A stretch of DNA of 63,981 nucleotides, counting the filler, from Phoronis australis (Eukaryota > Animalia > Phoronida): assembly GCA_002633005.1 (NCBI GenBank). It is 4 parts of 4 records of this genome, joined end to end, with 100 filler letters (N's around TTAATTAATTAA, not from the genome) between each part and the next. Parts side by side here need not be neighbours in the genome. Positions count along the whole stretch, not along the records: positions 23,941 to 53,247 come from NMRA01000375.1; positions 53,348 to 62,618 come from NMRA01001211.1; 2 more parts are not named here. One strand, 5' to 3'. The notes beneath the pieces were generated by a model that searched no databases, was not told the origin of the DNA, and worked only from the letters and a program-made list of their open reading frames with translations. Position numbers and translations under genes: made by a program. Positions 41,601-54,192 of the stretch are shown here, in pieces; within the stretch, counting starts at the first letter, position 1; each line of letters opens with the position of its first letter.

Positions 41601-43627
41601 GCCAAAGGGGGAGAAGATCCCTTCTCGGCAACATTAATTTGTTGGCCAGTGGAGGTAGACTAAACTCAGTCAGAAAAATCAGATGATGTCTTCGGTCAAA
41701 CCCGTAGCGCTTACGACGATGACGCCTTGCTCGACCAGTCGCATTCTGAGGAATTCAAAGGACACCCTCCAGCACCTACTCAGGCTTAAGCATAGGTGCA
41801 TCCATGGGGGTCAAGGGGTCCGGACCCCCTATTTTCCCCTGATTTTAGTGATATCAAATCTATAATTTTCAAATTGTTGACTTGGTCTCCCCTTTTAAAA
41901 AATCCTTGACCGACCCCCTTAAAAATTCCAGGTTTCGCCCCTGCTACGTTTGATCTTGTGTCGTGGTGAAACTGAATATTGAAAATAGCCCATTCTCGCT
42001 CTAAAACTGCGAACTAAATCCACACCGCGGCATCATTGACTTGCACCTATATCATGCAAGTCTGAAATATTTAGCAGTATTAAACCTCGGTCAGACCAAG
42101 TCTGAAGTTAAACCTGGTTAAAGACCGTAATACGGGTCTAAGGAAATAGGCCAGGTTGGTGATATGAAAACTGTCTCAGACCAGGTCTAAACTGGAATTA
42201 AACCAGGTTTTACTAGACTACTGGTCTAAAAGTTAAACCACCTTTTATGAAATGCAGATTGTCTTTCAGCCTGGTCTATTGAGTCTAGTTTAAACCAGGT
42301 TTAACTCTAAACTACCTTTATGAAATCGGCTGCTAAAGTTTATCATCAGTAGTTTAATTTCAGCCACGAAGCAGCACAACCGTCTAGTCAATTCCAGGCG
42401 TTTTATTCCAACCAACACCATTTCAAGCAAAGGACAAGAACGCAAAAACGATGATTTAGAAGAGTAAACTTAATACCTTGTTGAAAACAAATAGTTCTTT
42501 GACACTAGAACAAGACTTAATGCAGTTCAGACCAGCTTAATTGCTGTTGGGATGTCTGGACAAAAACAGTGGTCACCGCTGATTCATTGTTACGCTGATG
42601 TCCACACATCAGTTTTATTTCCACCACTAGTAGACGTCTGCAGTAAAGTTACCTCCACCTTCCAACGGTGTACTTCAAACCCTGGGCGAATTTACTCTTC
42701 GTTGGTCCTCCCACACACCACAATTAAAGTCACATCAGTTAAAGACTTCACGCTTCATAGTATAAGATTAAGAGAAGACGTGAGAGAGTTCAGAATCTCG
42801 ACAATATTTTCAGAAAGCCTCATCCACATGAGTAAAAGTGCCAAAGAAGCTTTGGACAAAGTTCGTCCTAACACGTTCTTGATAGAGAGTCGAGGACTAC
42901 AGGAAATAAAGGTCTGTCTTTTAGTAGAAAATCAATACAACTGCTTCTGCCAATAAAGAAATTTTAATTTCCTTTCAAGATTAAGAAAAAATACTGTGAG
43001 GTTCAAGTCTTGACATGTTTTGACATGCCCAACATCCTACGAAACAAAATCATGCCCTCTAACAAGGACAATAGTTTGACAGTGAGCTTTATACAGCAGC
43101 ATAGCAAGACATGAATGGAAATTTACCAGACTGTGAGCCCAATAGTTTGTTCAAGCCAGGCTTGAGCCAATTTGTATATTGACTCACGGATTTTAAGGTT
43201 GTCACCAGTCCCTTGAACTGCCATTGAATGTCTTACTATGATGCTGTATACAGCTCACTCTCACACTGTGTTAGATGGTCACATGTTGTTTCTGAAGATG
43301 ATGTTGGACAAATCGAAACATGTCAAGACTTGAAAATCTGATTTACTTAATAACATTATAACTTATTTGTCTTCACTGAGACCAATTTCCTAACACCAAC
43401 ATATTACATCACAGGGCAAAGGAACGATGGAGACGTTTTGGCTGCAAGGTTATGACCCAAGTTTAGGACCCATTCGTCGAAGTAGAACACGTCCTCCCAG
43501 TACTGTCAGACAAAACTGGGAACAGCTGAGTGAAGCACCATTACCACAAGTGGCCAAGTCGGACAACTTGTATGGAATAACCTTAGCCAGTCCTAAACTT
43601 TCACCAACACTGCAAATCACCAATTGA
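26653..43627 (+). CDS. Receptor-type (natriuretic-peptide-receptor-like) guanylyl cyclase: extracellular ligand-binding domain, TM, kinase-homology domain, coiled coil, atypical cyclase domain; 5' end not resolved
   Basis: Phase-consistent exons: 26653-26759, 27568-27789, 28274-28423, 29060-29247, 29676-29792, 30080-30215, 30323-~30438 (donor uncertain), 31871-31979, 35244-35316 ([22 protein letters not shown]), 35488-35575, 35819-35962, 36364-36471, 36614-36679, 37249-37405, 37577-37726, 37863-38061, 38147-38284, 38976-39168, 40082-40289, 40900-40983, 42814-42911, 43415-43627. Motifs: [96 protein letters not shown]. Confidence 0.92.
27161..27420 (+). mobile_element. tRNA-derived SINE-like relic (intronic; 3' end approximate)
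   Basis: A-box-like tcgtatagtggtt and B-box-like ggttcaaatct at tRNA spacing. No cloverleaf. Confidence 0.45.
31221..31468. mobile_element. MITE-like element with GC-rich imperfect inverted ends
   Basis: catgcgcgcacccaaggg... versus ...ctgggtgcgtggatg, with G-rich and C-rich subtermini. Confidence 0.5.
33581..33800 (+). mobile_element. tRNA-derived SINE-like relic (intronic; 3' end approximate)
   Basis: A-box-like tgacctagtgag and B-box ggttcgaattcc (33634-33645). Confidence 0.5.
41143..42332. mobile_element. Non-autonomous TIR element (PIF/Harbinger-like) in a cyclase intron
   Basis: Perfect TIR cagccgatttcataaaggt / acctttatgaaatcggctg, many subterminal aaaccaggtt repeats, no ORF. Confidence 0.8.
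43002..43334. repeat. Intronic foldback; the right arm has a minimal hammerhead-ribozyme-like motif
   Basis: ttcaagtcttgacatgttt / aaacatgtcaagacttgaa, plus inner arms (gtgagctttatacagcagcatag / ctatgatgctgtatacagctcac). Confidence 0.7.
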
Positions 43628-44102
43628 CTGGCATCATCCACAGAGAAGTGTCTGCCCTAAAAAATTTATAACTATTAAAGCATCAAGCCATGCTGGAATT
43701 AGCATGAAAAATATTTATAAAAGGAAGTTCTGATATTAAGCCCCCTATGTATATTCCTAACACAGCATCAGTATCCCAAAGGTAAGCCTAGGCTCACTTT
43801 CTAAAATAAGCCTACATTCAGAAAATCTAATGATGACAGAGCCATGGGCTCCCATTGGGGGCTGTTAATAGAGATTCCCTGTGTTTCAACAAGTGACACG
43901 TGATTGCATTCACATTGTATATTTTATCTACAAAAAAGTTACAGCATGGTTTAAAATTTGGCAAATTGCACAATGTATTGTGAGAAGTGTTTGCTACTGA
44001 TAACCTTCTGACATTCCAAGTGTGTTGTACAGGTAGATCGTGTTGGTACCAATATGGTGCCACTGAATCCTGCCAACACAATCTTACGCAAGCTCTGATT
44101 TT

Positions 44103-47100
44103 TCACTCTGACTTGTGTCTGTGTCCAATACCAGTACACTCTATGATGTTTTGGTTCTCTGAGATCTTTGTTACAACAAATTTAACCTGTAAATAAAATT
44201 GTTCAATTTTCTTCAAACCTAGGTGCTTTAATCATTGCGCACGAGTAAGAACTGATATTTTACAAAATAATTCTGGGAAAAACAACAGTGCACGTCCCAC
44301 ACAATACAAACTAGGTTGAGCCCATATCACAAACTTCAAAATGGAATAAATCAAGTTAGTCATGGAGAATCTGCCTGTTGAAGTAATCGATGAGGTCCAT
44401 CCATTCCTTGATTTCACCATTTGTATTTAGGAACGCTAACTCGCTGCATTCAAAAAATCAAAAACAAAGGGTTCCAAATGAACCAAAACAATCACGTTTT
44501 TAAGATGGCGCTAGCATGGAGCTTTAAACATGACATAAAAACAATGGAAGAATTAGCAAAATCACATGTATGAGACGAGGAAGGAGAGGAGTATCACATG
44601 CATTTAACGGAACTCACCCCAGAAATTTGTTGAGATATTGCTATGGCAGTCTGAGTGTGCAGTGTCAGTTCACCCACTTTAATCCTAGACGTGCCTTCAG
44701 CCAGTGACATGAAGATAATTAGCTGGAAAGACGAATGCATGAATAACAAACTCATGGCCAACAGAGGTCGCCGATCTTAAAGACATTAAAGATTTCAAAG
44801 AATGTTCTTCCCCTCTGTCGATATTTTTTACATTGCCATACCCTTTATGAAATTTGAACTAAAAGGCCAATAAACCCGGAACTTCTTTCAGCACTCACCA
44901 GTATAAAATTAAACTCATCTTTTTCTTCCATAAGATTGGAATTGATTTCTAGGTTTGAGAATAACTGACAGTTTATGTATTGCCTCCATCCTCGCTCATA
45001 AAGTTGCTCCCCACAATGTTTCTTTTTTGCTTCTTTACGATGGGTTAGTTTCAGCCACTGCATTTGGATGTCACGGAAATTTCAGAGGTTTTGTTACGAC
45101 CAATTCCAATAATATTCAATCAAAGAATAAGAGCATGCTATGGATGTTTTGAAAGTGCAAATACGGAAAGAGGTTGTTTTAGACATCAGAACATAGTTTT
45201 CACAGGCAATTTTGGTTGATCACTATTTATCATCAAATATGTTGCATGAATTTATAAATCAACCATTTCTATGTATGAACAGTATGGTGCAAATGATATA
45301 AACTGATTGGTAAGAATGCACAGTAATTTTTTCTTGCAAGGTCTGTCATTAATTGTGATAATTAATATGATTTCTTATCACAAAGTTATGATGAATAATC
45401 GAGGTTTTCAAAAAATGATGGAGTATGAATGACGACACTTTATCGTGATGATCATTTAGTATCAGCCAAAATGGGGGTGAAAAGCAGCTTTAAAATTAAT
45501 GCAATAAATGATGTCACACACATCAATTGGCTCAACTGTGAGACGTACAAGACAGCAACTATACTCAGGGAATAATAATGGTGACTGGTCCCCTTCCACA
45601 TTTATGGACTTCATTCTTGATCAGCATTGGAATATGTGCCATAGATAGTAAAACATTAGCTGGCACTTGTGGAAAAAATCTTCCTTTATGGACGGAAGCA
45701 GAGAATTCAATCCCACAAGTCAACACTCCAACCTTGCCAACCAATCACGTCAGTGGCCACCATTTTGCTAGGTTAGGTTATTAAGCTCCGCGAGTAAACT
45801 CGAGAAACACTCGCTTTTTTCAATCACGGGCTTTTGCGAGTTTTGACTTTTCTCACACAAAACTTGGTCTAGGGAAAGCTGCCGAATTACTGATTCTCCC
45901 AAAAGAAGCAAATCAGTTCGTCGCAGCAAACAGTAGGGGAGATAAATTTGAGTCCAGTGAGCAGCCTAATTCACAAAGTAAATGTTCTTGGCAAGCATCA
46001 AATTCGCATCCAAGGTACATATGAGCACCAAATTTTTATGACCATTTCAACGTGGTTTCCATATTCATTGTTTAACAATATCTTGATCTGTCCAAGATCA
46101 GAATTGATTGTTACTTTTAGAACCATAAAGAAGTGCAGAAAAAATACTCACTACAGGCATCAGACAAAAAATGGGCACCACAATGACACTATCAAATTTA
46201 ATAAATTTTAAGTTTCTTAAAAATCCTCATTTTTAGAAATTTTAATATTGTCTTATTAGGGAAAGTTTAAGGCTGCTGACATTGTGGTAAAACATGCCTT
46301 GGTATGAATAATAAATGGTGTTTTCGGGCACAATGTATGAGTTTCGATCCTCAAGTACAAATACAGGGTATACCTGGTCTTGTAGATACTGGTCTACGCA
46401 TCCTCCTGCATCAAGGTTTTTCATTAACATTTGAGCAGCACCGCATCCAACATCTTCAGCTGGCACACCTGTAGATAACAATGAGTAGGCACACCTGTAG
46501 ATAACAATGAGTACTGAACCATTCACCGCCTACTGTGGTGTGCATAAAGAAAATTAAAGTAAACTTAACACCACACGGCGCAACCTATTGACTATCTGTG
46601 TAAATTCAGTATGTGATCTAAATATACAAAACTAAGCTCCACCAACACAGGCTGTTTGAGCATGGTACAACACCAACTGCTAACTCAAATGTACTGAACT
46701 AAGTACAACTCAAACTGCAGAACTTGAGAGCAAAGAATATAAACTCCAAAACTTTGTACAACAAAATTTGCTAACTGCTTGAGCCCTTTCTCTCAATGAT
46801 TCTGTTGAAGTCATAATGGACTATAATTCATAACAAGAAACAAGTTGAGTTATCCAACTTTAAGTGAATTGAAACAAAAGGCAAGTCTTTTCGGAAAAAG
46901 TTGTGTTTATAGCAGCTTCACCACAAAACAAAACTAATCCATTATCGCCACTATTGGTTTCCGGTTTATTATTTTACGCGAGTTATTCGTTTGACTATTT
47001 TTGTTAGCCCTTCCGGTTTCGCCATTTGCGATAAATAAACACAAGTATTTTGAGTTCACACATTTACTCTCATTTTACTGGCGTATGTCTACTTGAGCCA

Positions 47101-50100
47101 AGCAAGTCAGTGGTACCTCTGATGTACTATACTGACCACAGCCAAGGCATACTGATCTCCTGAGTCTAGTGAGTTAGTGATACCCCTGAGGTCCTACTCC
47201 AGACACTGCCAAAGCACACTGACTTGTTGCGCCAGTTGTGTCAGTGGTTCCTGTGCCAAGCCTGGTTAATACAAACTGACCTTTTGACCTGACATAATTA
47301 TAGCACACACCAAAAGTACAAACTGCTGTCACAACGAGTCATTGGTAGCTACTCTGATGGTGAATTCTGCTTGCCCTCCGCCACCACGATGGGAATTTTG
47401 AGTGGTTTTGTGTGATTATTAATGACCTGTACAGTAGATCACTGGTACGTGTGAGGTGTTGTACTAAGTGTATACTAACCTCTTGAGCCCAGTGCCGAAC
47501 CAGCCAGTAAACACCCTGTACCTGTTTCAGCAACAATGCTACAAGACAATGCAATGATCAATCATGAAACACTAAATAATGTCCACGTGATATTCGATGG
47601 AATACTACACTCACTAATTACATGGTATTTTAATTCCATCTAGTGGTAAAGGAAACGATGCTCCTGAGGGTTAAGGGGGTATTTTCCTGCTAGTTAACAG
47701 TCAATGTCACATTGTTAATCGAAGCAAACTCGACTTTAAAAACATTCTAGCACATGCTCGTCCAATATTGAATTGTTGCCGCATGAGCTAGAAATTAAAG
47801 CCACATGCAATACGGACGTACGTCATTTTTAAGGTTGCAAATTTAGGGTTAGCTAACCCTCACTATACTTGGGTGAAAATGTTTTCTTGAGTCACGGATG
47901 GTTTTGATGTTCTTGTTGGTAATGGAAATTGATTCCTATCATGGTTAGGAAAATGATGAAAACGGTTTTATGAAATGTAAAATTCCTAATTTGATTTTTG
48001 TTTTTACCCAGCTGAACAGTACAAATGGAGAGGCAAAAGAAATGATTGAGACAATTTCACAAAAAAAGGTGCCTGATGATTTATATGTGGGACTTAGTTC
48101 TTTGTCCTATGATTGACAGAAAGGAATCTTTCCTTCCATGCAAAATGCCTTTAGTATGTCCTAAATAAAATATCTTCTCATGAAGTCCAAAATCTTTCAA
48201 ACTGCTGCCTACTGGAAATTCATTCTAGTTATATACAGGCAGGATGCAACAGGGATCATTTATTTCATGTGATCAGCCGGCATTGCTTAGCGAGTCTCCC
48301 ATTGCATTTCAACTACATCTTTCATAGCACATACAATGGAATGGTTGTTCCCGACATCAGATTAATACACCATTGCAGCTTTTGTTGTTTATAGTGAAAA
48401 TTACAGCCTAATCACTTATCTTTGAGCTTACTTCACCAAACAAGTGAGAAATACATCACATTACCATGAAGTGGAAAGTTGCTAATTGCTTTTAAAAACA
48501 GGTTTATGGAAAAATGAGAAAACAGATTTCACTTGTCCGCCATACTCTGTTACAAATTGGTGAGATTTTACCGTAACTATGAATACAACAGACTGCAGGT
48601 TGTTTAGCCTAGAATAGGTTAAAACAGAAACGGTATTTAGTTCCAAGTATAACCTAACATAGACAAGAGCATGCAAAGTCACCTTTTACACATTGCCTGT
48701 AGAATTTGCTTACATGATCCCAGTTCCTGTGCCAAAAGCTCTGTCGTCCCTTTCTTTCACAACTTGTATATTCACTGGAATATCTTTGTACTTTCTACGT
48801 AGTACGTCTGTAGCAGACGCGGCCATTTTGTGGGCAACCTGTTCACAACCAGTAGAGGGAGCTGCAGTTGCATTAGTGGACAGAAATGTACAACTAGAAA
48901 ATTCTTTTTAAGACATTTGAAAGGGCGGCACTCGCACAAGTCAAATTCAAATGAACTCACTTCCTTCAAGTGATTTGTGAGCTTTAATAAGATATTTGCT
49001 CATGAACACTGACTACAAATAAGGGCTGTGATTTCAATCAATTTCATTGCAAATGTAATGTTTAACAGCATCTGAAAAATTTAATGAGTCCTGATACATT
49101 GAATTTTGTAAAGCGAGATCCAAATAAGTGTCACAGTCTCAGCCTTTTTTCAGGTTGTTGCAGACGTTAGGAGTACCACCAAATTGCAGTTGTCGTCTGC
49201 TGTTGTGTATACAGTACCTGTACACATTGTACCACAATAAGTAACTATACTAGCTCACAACTGACCTATTTCATTATATAATGGTTGCGTGAACCTGAGA
49301 AAAAGTTGCGACTATGAATCATGCATTATGTGGACAAAGCCTTAAAAACATTAAAAAACAATTTTGTACACTGCATATTCTGGAATTAGTATTTCACAAA
49401 GAAAACAAAAAAAACACAGGACCATCTTGCACAACAGGCAAAAATGAGATATACATTTTGAGCATCTCACCTTGACAGGTAAAACACCAGCCACATAAGA
49501 CAGTCCAGAGATTTTCGTGATCTCGCCGCGCTCCAGCAACTCCACACTTGTCAAATGGTCAACTGGACAAGTATTGATCATAACTTCACCGCCACCTTTT
49601 GGGAAAAATCCTCTGAAATCAAAATGCATACATTGTGTTTGTTGTGACAGGCTAAACTAACCAAAAAAATCAAATGACTGGCTGGTTCTTTATGACTATG
49701 AATCAAAACAAAATCATACATTTAATAGTCACTTTTAATATAAGAATGCAAGATAGTGTTTACATCATGTCAAAGTACATGTCCCAGCCCAGGATATAAT
49801 CTTTGTACTCAAATAATTTTTGACACTTTCTCCTCTATGTTTGTGTGAGCACAAGATATTTATTATAAGTTTCTTGTATTCTGTGCACAAGTACATTATG
49901 GTTTATGTGCACAAACGTCGAATCTTAGTTTGCACTTGATAACCCCAGCATTAAAACTGAATCTGAACTCAAAATCTCACATTTTTCAAGTTTTTACTTG
50001 AGCTGGCACTCAAATTTAGGGGTTATGAAGTTAAGAAAGTTACAACACTCAGTTGTGTAAACAACAAATACTTGCGCACACAAAAATAGATTCTGGACTT

Positions 50101-50906
50101 CGAGTTCATACTTAAAGTAGAATGGAAAATGACATTATCGAGTTCAAAGTGTCTAAAGATTAGACCCCAGGTTCTGAAAATATATGAAACTGGTCTCGAG
50201 AGAATGAACAAGCAAATGAACAATAACAAAATGAAGTCCTAAGTCTCACTCCCCCTCCATCGCCCTCACGTCTTCCCCTCACTCCTTATTCCTCCCTATC
50301 TCCCCCTTTCTATCACTCTCACTTCTTCCCACCCTTGTTGTTTCTTCGCCCTTTACCATTTGTCCCCCCTTCCATCTCACTCTCTCCCTCCATCACAATC
50401 TCCCTTCATATCCTTCCCATTAGTCATCCTTATAACCTTATGTCTACATTTCCTATGAACTCCCATCCTACCCAAGTCCCTCTGTCCCCGTTCTCAACTC
50501 ATCAGTTTTACTAGGGACACTGAGCAGTCAGGAGGTGAGACCATACCTACGTACAAGGTGGCAGTCAAACTTTACTCCAAACCTGCTAACCATAGGGCCA
50601 AAGACCTACAAAAAGAAAGCACTGAGTACCTCTACCAATGCAATTTCAAGAATCACAGACTATACAACACAACACAATGAAATAGAATACAAGGGACACA
50701 CACACACGCATGTGCGCGCACACACACGCACACATTCAACCTCATTAAAAGTCAATAAAACACAGACTGTAAAATTACTTACCATAGAAAAGTAGTCAAA
50801 TGGTGGCGCCATAGCAGCATTCGTACCACCCTTCAGTTGTAGCTGACATTTACCATCAGCAAACAACAAACAGGGCAGAGCAGCCTGAAGCAACAGACAC
50901 ACGCTT
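44103..50906 (-). CDS. RTCA: RNA 3'-terminal phosphate cyclase (3' eight exons; 5' exons not found in this contig)
   Basis: Exons 50906-50783, 50605-50547, 49612-49471, 48838-48714, 47538-47480, 46468-46374, 44722-44618 and 44186-44103, all phase-compatible. Motifs: [50 protein letters not shown], the adenylated His in TLHTQT, IECTGIG. Confidence 0.95.
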
Positions 50907-52891
50907 CTGCAACAGAACGTCCACAAAGTACAGTCACACAACATGACAGAACATGTACGTACCTAGCCTAAAAAATCGGGGGCTCTAATTCTTGAAAATG
51001 TGGACTTTTTACTAACTGATTCACAGGGAAATTTCAGAGCTATGAATTGTGTATACACCAAATTTTGGTTGTTCCTGCTTTTTTAGTGGACTTTTGTCTC
51101 GTTTCCTACTTTCTTTACGGAGTTTTTCTCTGAGGCGGGCCTTTTTGCCCACTTGCCCCCCTGGATGTGCGCATGCAGAAAGTAACAGAATAAAAAATTT
51201 ATTTACTTTGAATCTGTAGACTCAGAAAGTGTCCTTTAATGATAAGTATTTTTAGCAATCATACAGAGTATGATCTGGATATTCAGAAATATATACTTCT
51301 GAAAAATAGTAAGTAAGCAAAATACATTGAACGATGGGAACCCTGGCTGGTCATTTTGGTTAACAACTACATCTGTTGACATACATTATCAATAAAGGTA
51401 TTGGAAAAGTTCACACATACATGTTTGTGTGTGTGTTTGTGTGCGCCGTCCTCCTCTGAGTAAGTGTATGTAAGTAACTATGATGAATATAAATAAATAT
51501 TTGAAAAAAAAGTGACACAAAGTTAAATGAAAAATTCAATATTCAAAGTACGGTAATGCTCCACTAAATTTGGTCAAAAATAATAATTGTGAGCATTGTC
51601 ACTTTTCAATTTATTGAAATTTCCAAAGGCTTATTGCCTTGCTGCAAAGTATGGAAATTTTACCAAATGCTGCTTTGTGTCGTCTACACAAAAGTCTCAG
51701 TAAAAATTAAGCAAACATTTAAGATTAAATTTTACAAATTAATCTTTACATTTGTCGAGAAGTTTGACAAAATGAATGTTCACTGTGCACAATGCCATAT
51801 TGTGTGCTAAACGGGTGAAGAATTACCGTATTCATTAAATATTTATGACAAATTGCAACATACAGAGCCACTTCACAGAACATTGAAAAATTTCAGAATT
51901 TACATAATAACTCCTGCCAGACAATGTGATCTTCTTTAACATTAATTTTGCGTTCGTATTGTTAACCTCAGGGAATCAAATTATCTTTTCTTTAAAAAGA
52001 ATTTTCCTACGCCATGCACTGAACTTTAAAGTCAATCTTAAACGGTCCAGTAAATATAGTTCCTTCAGTATGTTAAGAGCATCGATCTGAGTCCACTAGT
52101 TCCATAAATTGCCAAATGTAACGAACTGTTAGGCGTATTGGCTTGCTTTTGTCTACATCACCACGAGAATCACCTTTTAATTCAAACAGCTATGAATAAC
52201 ACCAACACGCAATGGTGTTCTATTCAGCAGGGCTTGGAATGACCAATGACAAAAAACGCGGAAACTTTGAAACTTTTACGGCCCAAATCATGCCCGATAA
52301 CCAGCATTTCAGTCAATGTGTGAACCTTTCCCCGACAGAAATCAAGAGGACTAAAAATAAAAAAAAAAAAAAAAAAAACGTTACCACCATCAGTACCATG
52401 CGTGTGCGTCCTTTTAGCTCGCCCGTCCACTCCCAACCCACACATTTTTGGCTGCAGAGCGCTAGTATTTGTCGCCGCGCTTAACAGTAACACGAGACGC
52501 CATTGAAAATCCCACCACGCTGTCCCAGATGCCCCGGCAATGTTGACAATTTACGTTCCTCCGAAACATAAAGAGCAACTTCCGCTTTTGAGGTGAACGT
52601 CGTCTGCAACGCCGCGGTAAGAAAGGAATTTGCCACAGAAATTTTATATCAAATCTCATTTTTTACGCGGAAATATTATAAAACAAGAGCAACGCAGAGC
52701 GTTGAAATGCGCCCACAATTGCACCGCAAACGGTATCCTTCTAGGGTTGTTTATTGGTACCATAAAGTGGCCAGTAGAGGGCATATATGTATGTTGTACT
52801 TAGCAAAATGGAAAGGCTAGAACATTGTCTCCTCAATAGGCTAGGGGCAAAATGTGAGTAATCTTCATAATACAAGCATATCCTATACACC

Positions 52892-53247
52892 CAGGGCTCG
52901 ACATAACGAGCTGCAGGTCGCATTTGCGACCTGAAATTTTGAAATGCGAGCTGAGATTTTTGTCAGCTCGTATCAAGTCGCAAAATGCGACTTGGAATTT
53001 CCAACGAATGCGAGCTGAGTTTTTACACGTCTCAACAGATACCTGACAAATACAAAGCAGCGCTTGTTAATCCGACTGTTATTTGGTTGTTGACAAATCC
53101 AAGTTCAAAAGAACACTAACCGAGAACAGCCCTCCCGATGACTTGTAAGCAAGTTGCGTGAACATGGGATATGCAGAATCGATCTTTGACGCGTTTCATT
53201 GGCTAACATTTTCGGCCACTTTTGTAAATTACCGAATTCGCCAAAGA
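52892..53247 (+). mobile_element. hAT-like transposon terminus, truncated at contig end
   Basis: Starts cagggctcgacataac, followed by palindromic subterminal repeats (caggtcgcatttgcgacctg, caagtcgcaaaatgcgacttg). Confidence 0.45.
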
Positions 53248-53347
53248 NNNNNNNNNNNNNNNNNNNNNNNNNNNNNNNNNNNNNNNNNNNNTTAATTAAT
53301 TAANNNNNNNNNNNNNNNNNNNNNNNNNNNNNNNNNNNNNNNNNNNN
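53248..53347. other. Artificial contig spacer
   Basis: N44-TTAATTAATTAA-N44. Confidence 0.95.
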
Positions 53348-53950
53348 CGTAAAATCCGATTGTCCTTCATATTTTTCGATATTTTGCAACAAGTTAGTTC
53401 CTCCTGAATGTTTTGAACGTTTTGCTACTTATCACTTTGGGCTATCGTACCCCTAAATACCACACATGGCTCCATTTTGTAAAAAGCCGATTATGTCCTC
53501 CTCAGTGAACAGGGTCAGACATGAACTCGACAAATGTAGGTTATTTTGATTTACAGTTGTTTTACTTTGCAATATCCTCATGGGTATTTCTTCACACATA
53601 TTCAAGTCAGATTTTCTGTTGATCAAATGTTCATGCAATGTATTGTAATATCAAATGAATGATAAGTTTGGTGGCATGACCGCAGTTTTTCCCACGACTT
53701 AAAACAAAAGACCGCAGAAATTTTCCTGACGAAATACCGGGTTTGCAGTTCTCTAAAAACATTCGAATGACAAGACAAACTCCACCAGTCTCTGTGGCAA
53801 CTCGTCGCATGTTTTTAGCCCATCGGTCCTATCATTGTTTTCCATTGTTGTGTCACTGTTGGATATAACTACACAGGTCGCATGGATATAGAACCTTGCG
53901 TACATCAGACCGTTGCCGATAAGTGCTCGTCATTATATCTTTATTATAAC

Positions 53951-54192
53951 AATGAAGATGCTAATCTATTGTTCTTTATGCGACCAGGTTTCCCATGGAT
54001 GACCACAGAAGAGGAATCCCAAAGTATCCACAAACAATGACCACGCACCTTAGTAACTATTACCGCGCACAAATGAAGATGCTAATCTATTGTTCCCTAT
54101 GCGACCAGGTTTCCCGTGGATGACCACAGAAGAGGAATCCCAAAGTATACACAAGCAATGACCACGCACCTTAGTAACTATTACCGCGCACA
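53951..54192. repeat. Two-copy tandem duplication, unit about 121 bp
   Basis: aatgaagatgctaatctattgttc...gtaactattaccgcgcaca repeated with a few substitutions. Confidence 0.9.

Noticed and set aside
26653-50906. Functional link between the two neighbouring 'cyclases'
   Set aside because: Guanylyl cyclase and RNA 3'-phosphate cyclase are unrelated in fold and pathway; adjacency alone is not evidence.
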